In this document: in pieces, positions 37,801 to 48,809 of the stretch
Numbering within the stretch: the first letter of the stretch is position 1
Layout of the letters: each line of letters opens with the position of its first letter
Assembly: GCA_040954595.2 (NCBI GenBank)
Contig: CM082596.2
Span: 5,282,791 to 5,346,790, forward strand
Direction of reading: 5' to 3'
From: Balanoglossus misakiensis
Taxonomy: Eukaryota > Animalia > Hemichordata
Length of the DNA: 64,000 bases
The notes under the pieces: generated by a model
Told to the model about the DNA's origin: nothing
What the model saw: only the letters and a program-made list of their open reading frames with translations
The model's database searches: none
Position numbers and translations under genes: made by a program

Positions 37801-40800
37801 CAAGCTAGCTGCCCCAGCAAATCGCTACAATTCGCCAACGAAGTGGACAATACACACTTTATTAGCGGTGCACCGCAAAGGGGATCGCGTTAGATCCAAG
37901 ATGTCGCCGCTGTCATGGCAACGCCGCTCGACTTCTTAAGAATCGGGCCATGAATGCGGGGATGCGCGCCATTGTTCTGGTCATAAACTGACACTCCTTG
38001 ACCGGTATTATGTCAGTCACAGTGATCCCTCTCCCAGCGTTGTCTGCATAAAACACACGGCTTTATACAGAGGGGAGCGATGACACAGTCAGTGTTGGCT
38101 TTGACTTTGGTCTGTTTTGCATGTCAAAACGAAAGACACGTCAGCGCTCAGGGCGATATCAAAGCTTTGATAACTCTGGTATAAACTGTTGGCATTATTG
38201 TCCTATTTTTGCTTTGTTTTGTGCATCTCCTGCAGTTTCTTGTTCAAATCTTGTATGTGTGATGAAATATCTTAAACTTGTCAACTCAAAATGTGATATC
38301 CCCACTCCATAATAGCAAAATGATTCCTGTGAAATCACCGAGAAACTACTATTTTAACTCTACGAGGTGTTGCTATTTTATCATGCTATTATAACCTACT
38401 TGACAACATCTGCTGAAGCAAATACCACAGCAGTTATGGTTAGAATCATACTAAAAACGGAAATTGTTAAGTAACTGTTATTAAACTTTGCAATTTTTTT
38501 CATTGATTTAAAAGTTATCCTATTACACTAAACTAATGCTTCCATTAATGGGATTTGTGTACAGTTACTAAAAATGGACAGATAGAATAAGTCACTGAAA
38601 TGGGACACTTGAAATTAAAAAATACACATCAAATGAAGGTAATATGGATCGAAGATATACAAAGGGAGCTTTAGGTCCGAAAATGAATAAACATAAGCAT
38701 TAAGTATGTTGTCAACACTGTCATTAGGAGAAATTCATAAATGATTATTGGCTATTTGCGATACTGGCAAAGACCTGGATGGGCGATCATAATTTGAATG
38801 CGAACGGATAGGGAGTACTTGTTCGGATGTTCTGCTCAGGATGGAGACTTCTCATAAATTGTGTGCGAGTCCTACGCGTAAGGTTATTTCATTCTTATCA
38901 ATAGGTTCCCAGAAATGTTGGTCTCTTTCACGGTTTTACGCTCAAATCAATCCATACTTGATTTCTAGCTCAACTTCAAAATGTGCCGTGTGCATCAATT
39001 GCGTAGTCATTATTTTCAACCATTTGACATAATTTCACATTTTACAAAAGCGAGAAAAAAAACCTAAATAAAACAGGGAATAACCATACAATGGAACACG
39101 GCGAAATCTTACACTAATTCGACTTTTCTCCCTTTTTTTCAGGAGGTCGATGTATTCGTACGGTGATGTACAGCGCCATTGTACTGGTGTTTTTCACAAT
39201 GATCGTGTCATCGTACGGTAGGTATATTTTGCAGATGAAAATCTGAACATGATTTTTAAGTTGGCATATTCGAACAGGTGGTCACAATGCTTAAAAAAAC
39301 ATACCGACTTTTATTCGTTGTCAAATATTCCATTTTGTCCTTTTCATTTTGATGTCGCGACCCTGGCTATATGTTAACATTTATGGCACAATATCAATTT
39401 TACAAGCTAACGTATTGTCTCACGTCAACATAGTTCTCAATGTCCTCTTTGTTTTGTTTGCTCGCCACAGAAACTGGGCAGAGCAGCGACCAGGCGCGTC
39501 TGCTGAAGGCGCTCTTTGACGAGAGTGGTTACAGTCCGAAGATCAGGCCAGTCTGGGACCGATCGTCTGTCACTAACGTCACCATGACGCTAGTGCTGGC
39601 CACAATCATTGATATGGTAGGCGTAGCATTAAACTGTTAACTAAACACCTTACTGAGACAGATAGAGGGGGCCGGACAGGCCGTTATAAACCCAAACAGA
39701 TAGTTGTATCTGAATATGACAGACAGACAGATAGACTGCCTGGGATAAACAGATATGACAACTGCATCAGCTCCTGATGAGAATTTTGTCTGGGTGTACA
39801 TACCATGTCCGGCTCCATCTACCGTACATTCAGCTCTCAGACTGTAACTATACTGAATATAAACAGAATCTACCGTGATGTGAAAATCAACAGAGACACT
39901 GTTCAACCTACCCTAGTATTTCACACCTCTCCAGAGCTTCAGACACATTATCCACGTAAAGGCCTAGGTCAGTCCTGGGAACAAAACACATGACAGTTAC
40001 AAAAAGGTTTCCACAACCTAGCCATGTTATTTTCAGAAACTCAGCCACTAGCAACCCAGTCATGTACTTTAAATTTATCCTGACGAAACTGATTTACAGC
40101 TGTAATGAAGAAATAAATGTAAAATATTTAGAAAACCACATTTTTGTCACATTTGCCATCAGGATGAACGTAACCAGGTATTGAAGAGTAACATGTGGGT
40201 CTCTTTGGTAAGTTGATTGCCCTCTACAAAATCCTAAATTGCAGCATCATATTTCCATGTCTTTAAAGTTGTAAAAATGTACCACTGTCGATATCTGGCG
40301 TGATCAGCTGTGTGCAGCAACGAAACAAATGTTTGAAGTGGGATTGAAATGTGTAATTTGGTTTTCAAATAATATTAATTAACAGCTTGACAACGAGTGT
40401 CATTTTTGCGTTTTTGGTAGAATACACCTTCTTGGGTTCGTATGCTTTATAGGTCGAATTTGAGAGTGTGAGATTTGCTAACTTGTCGATTGTGTCTTTA
40501 CAACTGAAGGAATGGAGGGATGAGATGATGCTGTGGAACCCGGATGACTTCGGTGGAATTGAGAACATCAAAGTGCCATCCCATGATGTCTGGCTGCCCG
40601 ATATTGTTCTCTACAACAAGTGAGTTAGCTTTTCTGGAGATCCATCCTTTTCTGGAAATCATTTGAGTTGAAGTCAGCCAAACCAGAAAGCGGCAAACAG
40701 TTTTTAATTTTACGTCGGATGCAAAAGAATAACTTTTGTGGCAAAATGTCATCATCATGGACAGATGTTGCAAGAGAATACTGACAAAATGAGAATGTTT

Positions 40801-42488
40801 CCTGTCCTTTGCAGTGCTGATGACGAGTATAAAAATTTTCTCATCAAGCAAGTGGCGATAGTCTATCACGACGGCACAATTTTATGGGCGACGCCCGTCA
40901 TCTACAAGAGCTCGTGCGCGGTTGACGTCACCTACTTTCCGTTTGATGTTCAAAACTGCACCATGAAGTTTGGGCCATGGCAACATGACGGAACCGAGGT
41001 GTACATGTATGGCAATAGTAAGTGTCCATACTGCAGGTTTTGAAATAATTACATGTGAACTCAAGCTTTATATAGGCCTATAGGAGATGGAACAACATAC
41101 ATGTAGGTTTTTTATCATCTATGGATAATCTGGAGGACTCCCCCCGACCTCACCATGGTTTTGATGACACCCCCAGCCCCCTGTCATAATTTACGTTTTT
41201 AACATTCTAAAAATAAACATGGAGTACTTTTCAACCCACAGGTGACACGACAGAATACGAAAGCGACGGACAGTGGGATTTGCTGTCAATGACGTTCGAT
41301 GCCCACGTCGAATTCTACCCCGACCACCCGGGCATTCCGTACACTGATGTCACCTATCACGTCATGCTGCAGAGACGGCCTCAGTACTACGTGTTCAATT
41401 TACTGCTTCCCAACGCGCTGTTCACGGTCGTCACCGTGACGGTGTTTTATCTCCCGCCGGAGTCGGGCGAAAAAATCAGTTTGAGTATTACAATTCTCCT
41501 GTCGTTGACTGTGTTTCAACTTATGCTTGCGGATTTCATGCCACCCTCAAGTTATCTACCATATATAGGTGAGTGAACATGCAGTTCTCCCTTGAAGATT
41601 TTCAGAAGTATTTCAAATCTCTTTGCTGTATTAAAGGTACAGTCACCTGTGCAAATTTAGCTACAGTTACCATGGTAAATTGAGATCTAGCCAATCACAG
41701 ATTTTCAGTGGGTGGCACAAGCGAAAAAAAGAGCGCCACCATATATGGGCGTATATAGATTGGAGGTGACCATCTACCTTTAAGATGAGCACTGAGAACA
41801 TAAATGTTACTGGACATGTGTAATTGTTGTATGCCTATTTTTACCGAATTCAAAATGGTATCGGACATTCGCTCTCAAAATGATTTTTCAGAAAAATCTC
41901 CATGACGTCATATCTTTCTCATTTCCAGGTTATTACTTCGTGAGTGTGATGGTACTGGTCTCCATGTCGCTAGTTTCCTCCGTTCTCGTCGTGAACATTC
42001 ACTTCGGCAACGCTGAAGAAGACGGAATGCCGCACTGGGTGAAGCGGGTCTTCCTCGAGTACCTGGCGAAGATTCTCAAAGTCCGCCAACCGCCAAAGGA
42101 GCCGCCCTACCAGTCGAACATCTCCTCGCACCGCCTGGAGGAGCTGAAACGCACCCCAAAGTACCTCCATGCCCGCATGAGCAACGGCGAGGTGCTGGTC
42201 CCCCTCATGAGGAAATACAGCACCGACCGAAACTACATCAACGGCACCCACCACCACCACCACGCGAGGAAAATCAAAAGCAACCCGTGCGACGAGAGCG
42301 AGATAGTCATTGAAGTTTTGGAGGAGGTTCGAAAAGTAGCAAGGTACCACGAGGGAAAACGGAGAGAGGAGATTCACAAGAGAGACTGGAAAATTGTGGC
42401 CATGGTACTCGATAAAATATTCCTTATAGTGTATATATTTGGAAGTATTCTGGCTGCTGTGTGGTTTGGTGGTCAAATGTCAGCGTGA
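34873..42488 (+). CDS. Nicotinic acetylcholine receptor-like Cys-loop cation channel subunit, formally non-alpha; exons 34873-34885 (tentative), 39143-39217, 39471-39616, 40163-40207, 40510-40619, 40815-41017, 41242-41568, 41929-42488
   Basis: Signal peptide, then [26 protein letters not shown], Cys-loop [50 protein letters not shown] (cationic GEK), and [14 protein letters not shown]. All junctions are phase-consistent. Alternative start is ATG 39166. Confidence 0.93.
41631..41783. mobile_element. Kolobok/T2-like MITE, copy 2 (nAChR last intron)
   Basis: TTAAAGGTACAGTCACC...GGTGACCATCTACCTTTAA; interior similar to the reverse complement of 43822-43935. Confidence 0.7.
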
Positions 42489-43238
42489 GAGGGCGCTGTC
42501 TCGAAAGAACTATTCCGTTTTCTGACTTCATGGCGCTGTGCAATACAGAAAGTATCTTTAAAGTTCATCAAGGAACCAACTTTACGTTTACTCAACTTTA
42601 CCAAGTAATGCATTTTGTTATTTAAACATAAGTGCATGTATGTGCAAATGATCGAATGCAGAGTTGCATAATCTACCGACTGACGACAACACTCTGAATT
42701 CGATTTAAATTTTTACACACCTGTCGTGAAGGTCACTGAACTCTCCCAGATAGGCCATGAGACTTGATTTGAAGATCACGGTAAACTCTAGCTTGCTGAC
42801 AAACCTTGAAAGCATGGCTTTGTCAAAATTGTTCCACAACAGTACAGTAATATGTGCATACTTCAAAAATGAAACTTGTAGCATAAACAAAGACACTGTT
42901 GGTTCTCAATTTACACCTGCAGTCATCAAGTTAACCTTTTGGAGATATTTAAACAAACGCATGTTTGTAACATAACCAGATACGAACATCCTTTAGTTTA
43001 ATTGTTAAATTATCTGTTATTTTGGTTCTGTTCATTTTAATAAAACCATGCATGCGTTCATTACAGAATGTAATGCTATAGTATCGCTTCTATATAATAC
43101 TTTGCATCTTTTCAATCTTTTATCATGCCTGGCGATTACATGCAAAGCAGCTACGCCACATTTTTGTTAAGTAAAAAACTCGACTACTGAAATTATTCAG
43201 TCCAGCATTCTCTTTGGTGAGGATGTGGTGGTCTCCCA

Positions 43239-45570
43239 TCAGAATTTGAATAACCTGATGTTGGTACAGGCACTGAAGTAACATGTCCCAGCGCAGGAGT
43301 TCCCGTCCCACAAATCCACATGACCAGTTGCCGTGGCAAAATTACAACCCTGGAACACTATCAGACCTTTTGATCCCTGTAAAAAGTACAGGAAAAGATC
43401 TTATGTCATATTGCATGGTCCTTCCAAATCAATATTTATTATTTTTTTAATAGCTGCAGCTCTCTCGCGCTTGATTATGAACCTATTATAGGCAATATGT
43501 CGCGCGAATCATTTTAACCCTTTCACCACCATGGTTTGTTCCAAAACCATTGTGTTCCATGATAAAGTCAGACCTCTATAAAGGGAACTGGGGGTGGAAG
43601 GGTTAAAGGCCTGGTAGCTACCTTGTTTTCTTACATTTGACTGTACTACCAGCCCTATACCCCATATACTTTGAACGTCAAGTATTGCAATATTGCGAAC
43701 AGCTCCCTGTATGGGTAACGTTCTGACATATTGTTGATCATGGTAGCCAACAATAATAATGAACACTACACATACATGGAAAGTGTTTTCAAGGTAAATG
43801 CTGGGCGTTCAAAGTTAAGCCTTGAAGGTATACAGTAACCTCTAATTTACCACCCCTGAAAATCTTTAATTGGCTAGATCTCAATTTGCCATGGTAACTG
43901 TGGTTAAATTTGCATAGGTGACTGTATACCTTTAAGACAAGGAGTTCTGGATGAACCAACAAAAAGTAGATGTGTACATTAGACTCTCTCACAGCCCACG
44001 GTTCGCTACAAGGCTCTTCACTGATACGCCCGGCCTCAACTGTTTAGCAAAGGAGAAGCCCCATATCATATGGTGTTGTGTAGCGAACCTTAGAGCCCCT
44101 CTCGCCGGGCACACATGCAATCAGTCCATAAGCCTGCATGGACGACGAGAGGGGCTGTGAGAGAGTCTAATGTGTACATGCACAGTGGCTGTGAAGGATA
44201 GAAACCATTCTCACCTTGAACGCTGCTTGGTTCTTGGATACAATGTCTGCCTTGCCTTTGCGTGACTCCATGTAACACCGCATAGTGACGACACGAATGA
44301 TGTACTTGTCTCCATCGGCATTGCTTACTTCTGCCCAGTTGCATTGGCCTATCTTGATATCATTGAACTTCCGACCTGCTCAAGAAACAAAATAAACCAC
44401 TGGTAAGCATATGATACATATACACAATTCACCATTACACCAATATCTCATGAAAGTAATGATACAGTTGACCAATCCGAAAAATGTGATGTTTTAAAGA
44501 ACCAACTGGATTCACTGTCTTTCTCTCTGCACCTTTGCACCAAAAACTTGAGTACACTATATATACAAACCTGATGCAATGAATGAGTAGCTCACACGAA
44601 TAGCACAGGAATTCTGTCCAACCAACCACTTCGGAAGTTTGCATTTCTCGATCAATGCTGGAGATTTCTCGTGGGGATAGTTGCGCCACAAACTGGTGAA
44701 AGTTGGCCAAGCGTTTGAGCCTGTATGAAATAAATTACAAAATCATTTTATCGGCCATCAACAGAGTCAAGAACTCACTTTTTCAGTCTAGTGATAAGTT
44801 CATCATTTTCTTGTGTGAGCTTTTTTTTATAAAAGCAGTTCAGAAAGGCATTTGCAGAATCATTTTATACACAATATACAATTCAATATATATTTCGTTG
44901 CAATATAATACAAAATGTACCTACCGATCACATCTGACTCTAAAGTTGTAAAGTTTCCAAACTTTAAACGAAAATCCATACATCCTTTGCACTCGCAGTG
45001 TGAGGGCGTACTTCCACACCAACCAAGGGAGGAACAGCACGGAAATTGGCCGCGAGGATCACACTCGCCCGCAAAACCAGATGCAACGGGCCACTCTCGA
45101 CCACATCGACCGTCACTTCTCCATCTATCATCTGGGTTTTTTAAAAATACACCGCCAAATAATAGATCTTAATCTAAAGCGTTTTAAAGATCATGCAATC
45201 GGTGCTTGACCTCGCACGAACCCAATGGTGCCGTGCGTTCTCTTTTACTGTTTTAGTTTCACTTTCATTATCCTGTTCTCTTATTAAAGAGTGACTCTGC
45301 AAATTTCTGTGTGGCCTTTTCCATGTAATCGAAGTAAAATGCCAAAGTTGATTTACCCAAAATGTAGTTGGGTCACTTCACCTATACTGGGGTAATCTAA
45401 GGTCAGATATGCAAATTTTTCTCCGTGTGTCGTGAGATATCATATGAACAAAGGCGGGGTTACCCCACTTCAAATTCCAATCTGACGAGAAAACCCGCCC
45501 GAGTTTACTCACCTGCTGAAGCCAAAGTGATCAGCAACAACCCGGCAAAAACCAGAGAGCCCCTCGTCAT
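43239..45570 (-). CDS. Secreted chitin-binding type-1 (hevein-like) domain + Tae4-family peptidoglycan amidase fusion (dae4-like), 237 aa; exons 45570-45513, 45131-44925, 44720-44571, 44375-44215, 43376-43239
   Basis: Spliced ORF of 714 nt, all GT-AG, phases 1,1,1,0: MTRGSLVFAGLLLITLASA-DDRWRSDGRCGREWPVASGFAGECDPRGQFPCCSSLGWCGSTPSHCECKGCMDFR...-WPTFTSLWRNYP...NSCAIRVSYSFIASG...DGDKYIIRVVTMRCYM...GKADI...FKGSKGLIVF...ATGHVDLWDGNSCAGTCYF...LFKF*. NxCxIRxSY, YxxRV, GxxGxIxF and TGHVxLWxG are the Tae4 motifs. Confidence 0.88.
43514..43606. mobile_element. piggyBac-like MITE, copy 2 (intron 4 of the amidase gene)
   Basis: TTAA-CCCTTTCACC...GGTGGAAGGG-TTAA; TTAA flanks with CCCTT/AAGGG termini. 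Confidence 0.72.
43822..43935. mobile_element. Kolobok/T2-like MITE, copy 3
   Basis: TTGAAGGTATACAGTAACCT...AGGTGACTGTATACCTTTAA. Confidence 0.7.
43980..44169. mobile_element. 190-bp MITE with 18-bp TIRs and a 10-bp target-site duplication (Academ-like TAG...CTA termini)
   Basis: TAGACTCTCTCACAGCCC...GGGCTGTGAGAGAGTCTA flanked by ATGTGTACAT at 43970-43979 and 44170-44179. Confidence 0.82.
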
Positions 45571-45640
45571 GTTTGCAATATCTAAACGCAAGTTTGGCAG
45601 ACGAAAACGCGGAACTGACTTCCCGCACACACGCCAACAT

Positions 45641-45688
45641 GGAAGTGAAACTATGGTGACGTCACATGAGGCCAAGACAGTGACGTAA
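45641..45688. promoter_or_regulatory. Motif cluster just upstream of the amidase gene: ETS-IRF composite-like site, perfect CRE, CRE/CEBP-like site
   Basis: GGAAGTGAAACT (45641-45652), GTGACGTCAC (45656-45665) and TGACGTAA (45681-45688), 70-120 bp upstream of ATG 45570. Confidence 0.5.
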
Positions 45689-46104
45689 TGGAGAGAGCGA
45701 TAGAGGTTATTGACACATATAATTATGTCAGATAGGAATGAACATAATATTAGTGTTATAAGATACAAAAAGGAAAGTAAACAGGTTTGAAAAGCCAGCT
45801 TTCCAAAGAAATGGAGATAGACGAGAGAAGGAATTTCAAATTATTGCAACTGGGTTTTTTATTCATTAATTTTGTACTTGTATAAAATACAGCATATTTT
45901 TTAATTACACTTGTGCCAGTACTGACAGGTAAAATTACAGAAATACAATAATCAGATTGCAAATCTAAAATTAGTATGTACACTACCTGTGTTAAAACTA
46001 AAAGCATTCCAAATGAATCTACTTCCCTGTAAAAACCTGATAATTCTGAGAGCATATTTGTGTACAATAATGGTGTCTCTGTTTAATATGCAAAAACTTT
46101 TTTA

Positions 46105-46332
46105 TTAAAGGTAGTATGCACCTAAGGGACAGAGTTTCAGAAAAAATGACCGTCCTCCAAACTTTTCAGTTCTAAGCTATATTGGAGTTTTATGAAAGCA
46201 GAAAACATGCTGTTTTCATAAAAATCTCTACTTAATATTTTCTCCATAGATGGCGGCCATTTTGAATTTCAAACATGAGACAATTTCGCTCTCTGATCGA
46301 GGTGCTCTCCTTCGAGGTGCATTCTACCTTAA
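46105..46332. mobile_element. TTAA-flanked MITE (Kolobok-like, second subfamily)
   Basis: TTAAAGGTAGTATGCACCT...AGGTGCATTCTACCTTAA; about 15-bp TIR with one mismatch. Confidence 0.65.
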
Positions 46333-48809
46333 TTCTATGATGAAAATTAAAAAAAAGTTGTTCAGTTATATTAGTTATATTAAATATGGGATATACTGAC
46401 TGTATTAAATTCTTTGCACCGTGTCTGGCCATCAAACAGAATTCTGAAAATTGTGTCGGTCTAAATTATGAGTTGCATTCACATACATGTATCAGCAAAA
46501 TAATTCCATCCAGATAAGATTAAAGTACTCTGGATATAAAGATTCATCAAATACATTTCTTGAACAATGCACATCATATACATTAGTAAATATAATGACT
46601 TTTTTGACAAAATAAGGCTTGTCAGAAATAGAACAGTGCAGCCATTATGTCCAATGCAATCAGCGCAAATCATTTCACACCAAAATGAACCTTTGCACCT
46701 CACAACAATGGTTTGGTAGGATTTACACTAGTGAAGTTCCATCAATCGCAAAGACAACAATAAAATGCTCTAAAACATCAACACTGGTCAAAATTATAAA
46801 ACAACACTACTGTAATCCATAGGAAAGCTGAAATCATTTTCTGCATCCTTCAACTCTTCTGATGAAACAATCAATGTATACCGATTCATACGACTTGTCT
46901 AAACTGAATCGCATCTAAACTGGAAACTGTCTATACTAAACAACCCTTTTCAATCACCCTTAACATATCACACTGTGCCTCAGAAGGATTGGACAGTTGC
47001 ACACAACTGATCCTAACTTTCACACATCAAAACAGTGTATACATTCCATTGGTGTTCAGATGTCCTATCTCGACAACATGTCTGTCGATTGAAACTTGAC
47101 ATACATAAATTTTCATGAAATAATTGTACAATGCACAGCTATCGAACTCATCAAACCTGGCTCAGAAGAACACATCATCAAATGTCAGAAAGAGTTAGGA
47201 GGATGAAAAGATAAAGTTACAAGGCAAAACTACTTCTCTTCATAAAATGAAACGGCTTTTTTTTAAAATGTCTGACAAGCCAAGAACATATTTTTAAAAT
47301 GGCGAAACACACAAAAAACTATTTCCACTTACGGATATGACAAAATTAGAATCACAATGCGGCACAAACTTTATGTAAATTATTGCCAAATTTTAAGTGT
47401 GTGTTCAACTTGCCAGTAAACCAAGAAAAAGAGAGATGTATGGTATACAATATTGTAAATAGTACTCTAGCATTTATGCGTATCCAGCAAAAATCAACTT
47501 AGACTAACCTTTGATAAGTAGGGTTTTCATAATAAATTACCCATACACTGAGTTGAACAAAGATAATGCTGGCCATTCTGACTTCGGTCAATCAAGACAC
47601 AAGCTTTGATTGAAAACATATACCATCCTGCAACTTGCACTACATTCGAACCTGTGCCCCTTCACTCTCTAACGTCTGAGTCCAAACCAAAACTGCAGCC
47701 TATTATCCAATCCTAGCACTGCTTACACACATACATTAACCGTACATATATTACGACTCCTCCTATTGGATTGCAACAAACGCCCAACTCTCACTGATAA
47801 ATCACAACTTACTTTGCATACAGATTAAAACTATCCCATAAAATAACACACTTCAGATCCACATGATCTGGGTAACAGATATGTACAGCACCAATAAAAT
47901 GTATAACCCTTCTCCCAATTAAAATATTTATTATGTAAATGCATAGGATATCATTTTAAACATGTACCTTCCCCAAATTATAGTGAAATCAATTTTGTAT
48001 TCCGACCACTAGTTAAGGAGGGTGGCAGTCACATGACTTTTTTTCATCTTTAAACACTATCAATGCAATTTGACTGCACTACAGATGGATCTCACAGGTA
48101 TCATTTGGGTACATAGATATAATAAAAGTATTCATATATCTTGTTTTCAGACGATTCATGAAGGTTAGCACACAATTTGGCAGCCATTTTGAATTTCTTA
48201 TAATTGTTAATTTAATTCGAGACTATTTGTTTCTTTGATGAAAACTAAACAAATTCCTTCCGTTGCAGCTCGAATGAATTCAGTTCAACATTTCTCTCAT
48301 CAATGAAATAGCCAAAGAAACTGAAAAGTAGAAGTGACCCTGACTGTTTTGAAAGAGACCTATAATTTGGGGAAAGTACAATAATTAATTCTTGTAAATC
48401 ACTATACTTCAACTTCCCTTGACATTTCAAATCTGACTAACAAGGCAAATGATCGACAATATCAATTATATTATATACAATACAAGCTGCTTGTGTAGAA
48501 GCTAATTCCTGAATGACACGGCCCACCCGTAAGGTGAGAGTTAGTCTAATCTAAACACCCCTACATCTCATCCAAATGGAACAGCCCACCAACACAGACA
48601 GAGGTGGGCAATTCTAAGTTTCAAGATATAGGGGTGAGAAATCTAAGGCTCCCAGAGTCTTCTAACCTGACTTCTGATATCAGCAATCCCACCCTGTAAT
48701 TAATTATCGGTAATTCATAATACTTGTATATTTTGGCAGTAATGTTGGGAGGGTGAGACCTCACTATTTAAGTACGATACTTGTAATTTCTTTCTTTCTT
48801 TCTTTCCTT

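Noticed and set aside
43239-45570. Bacterial contamination as the source of the Tae4-like sequence
   Set aside because: The coding sequence is split by four GT-AG introns, one containing host MITEs, and is contiguous with animal genes on both sides.
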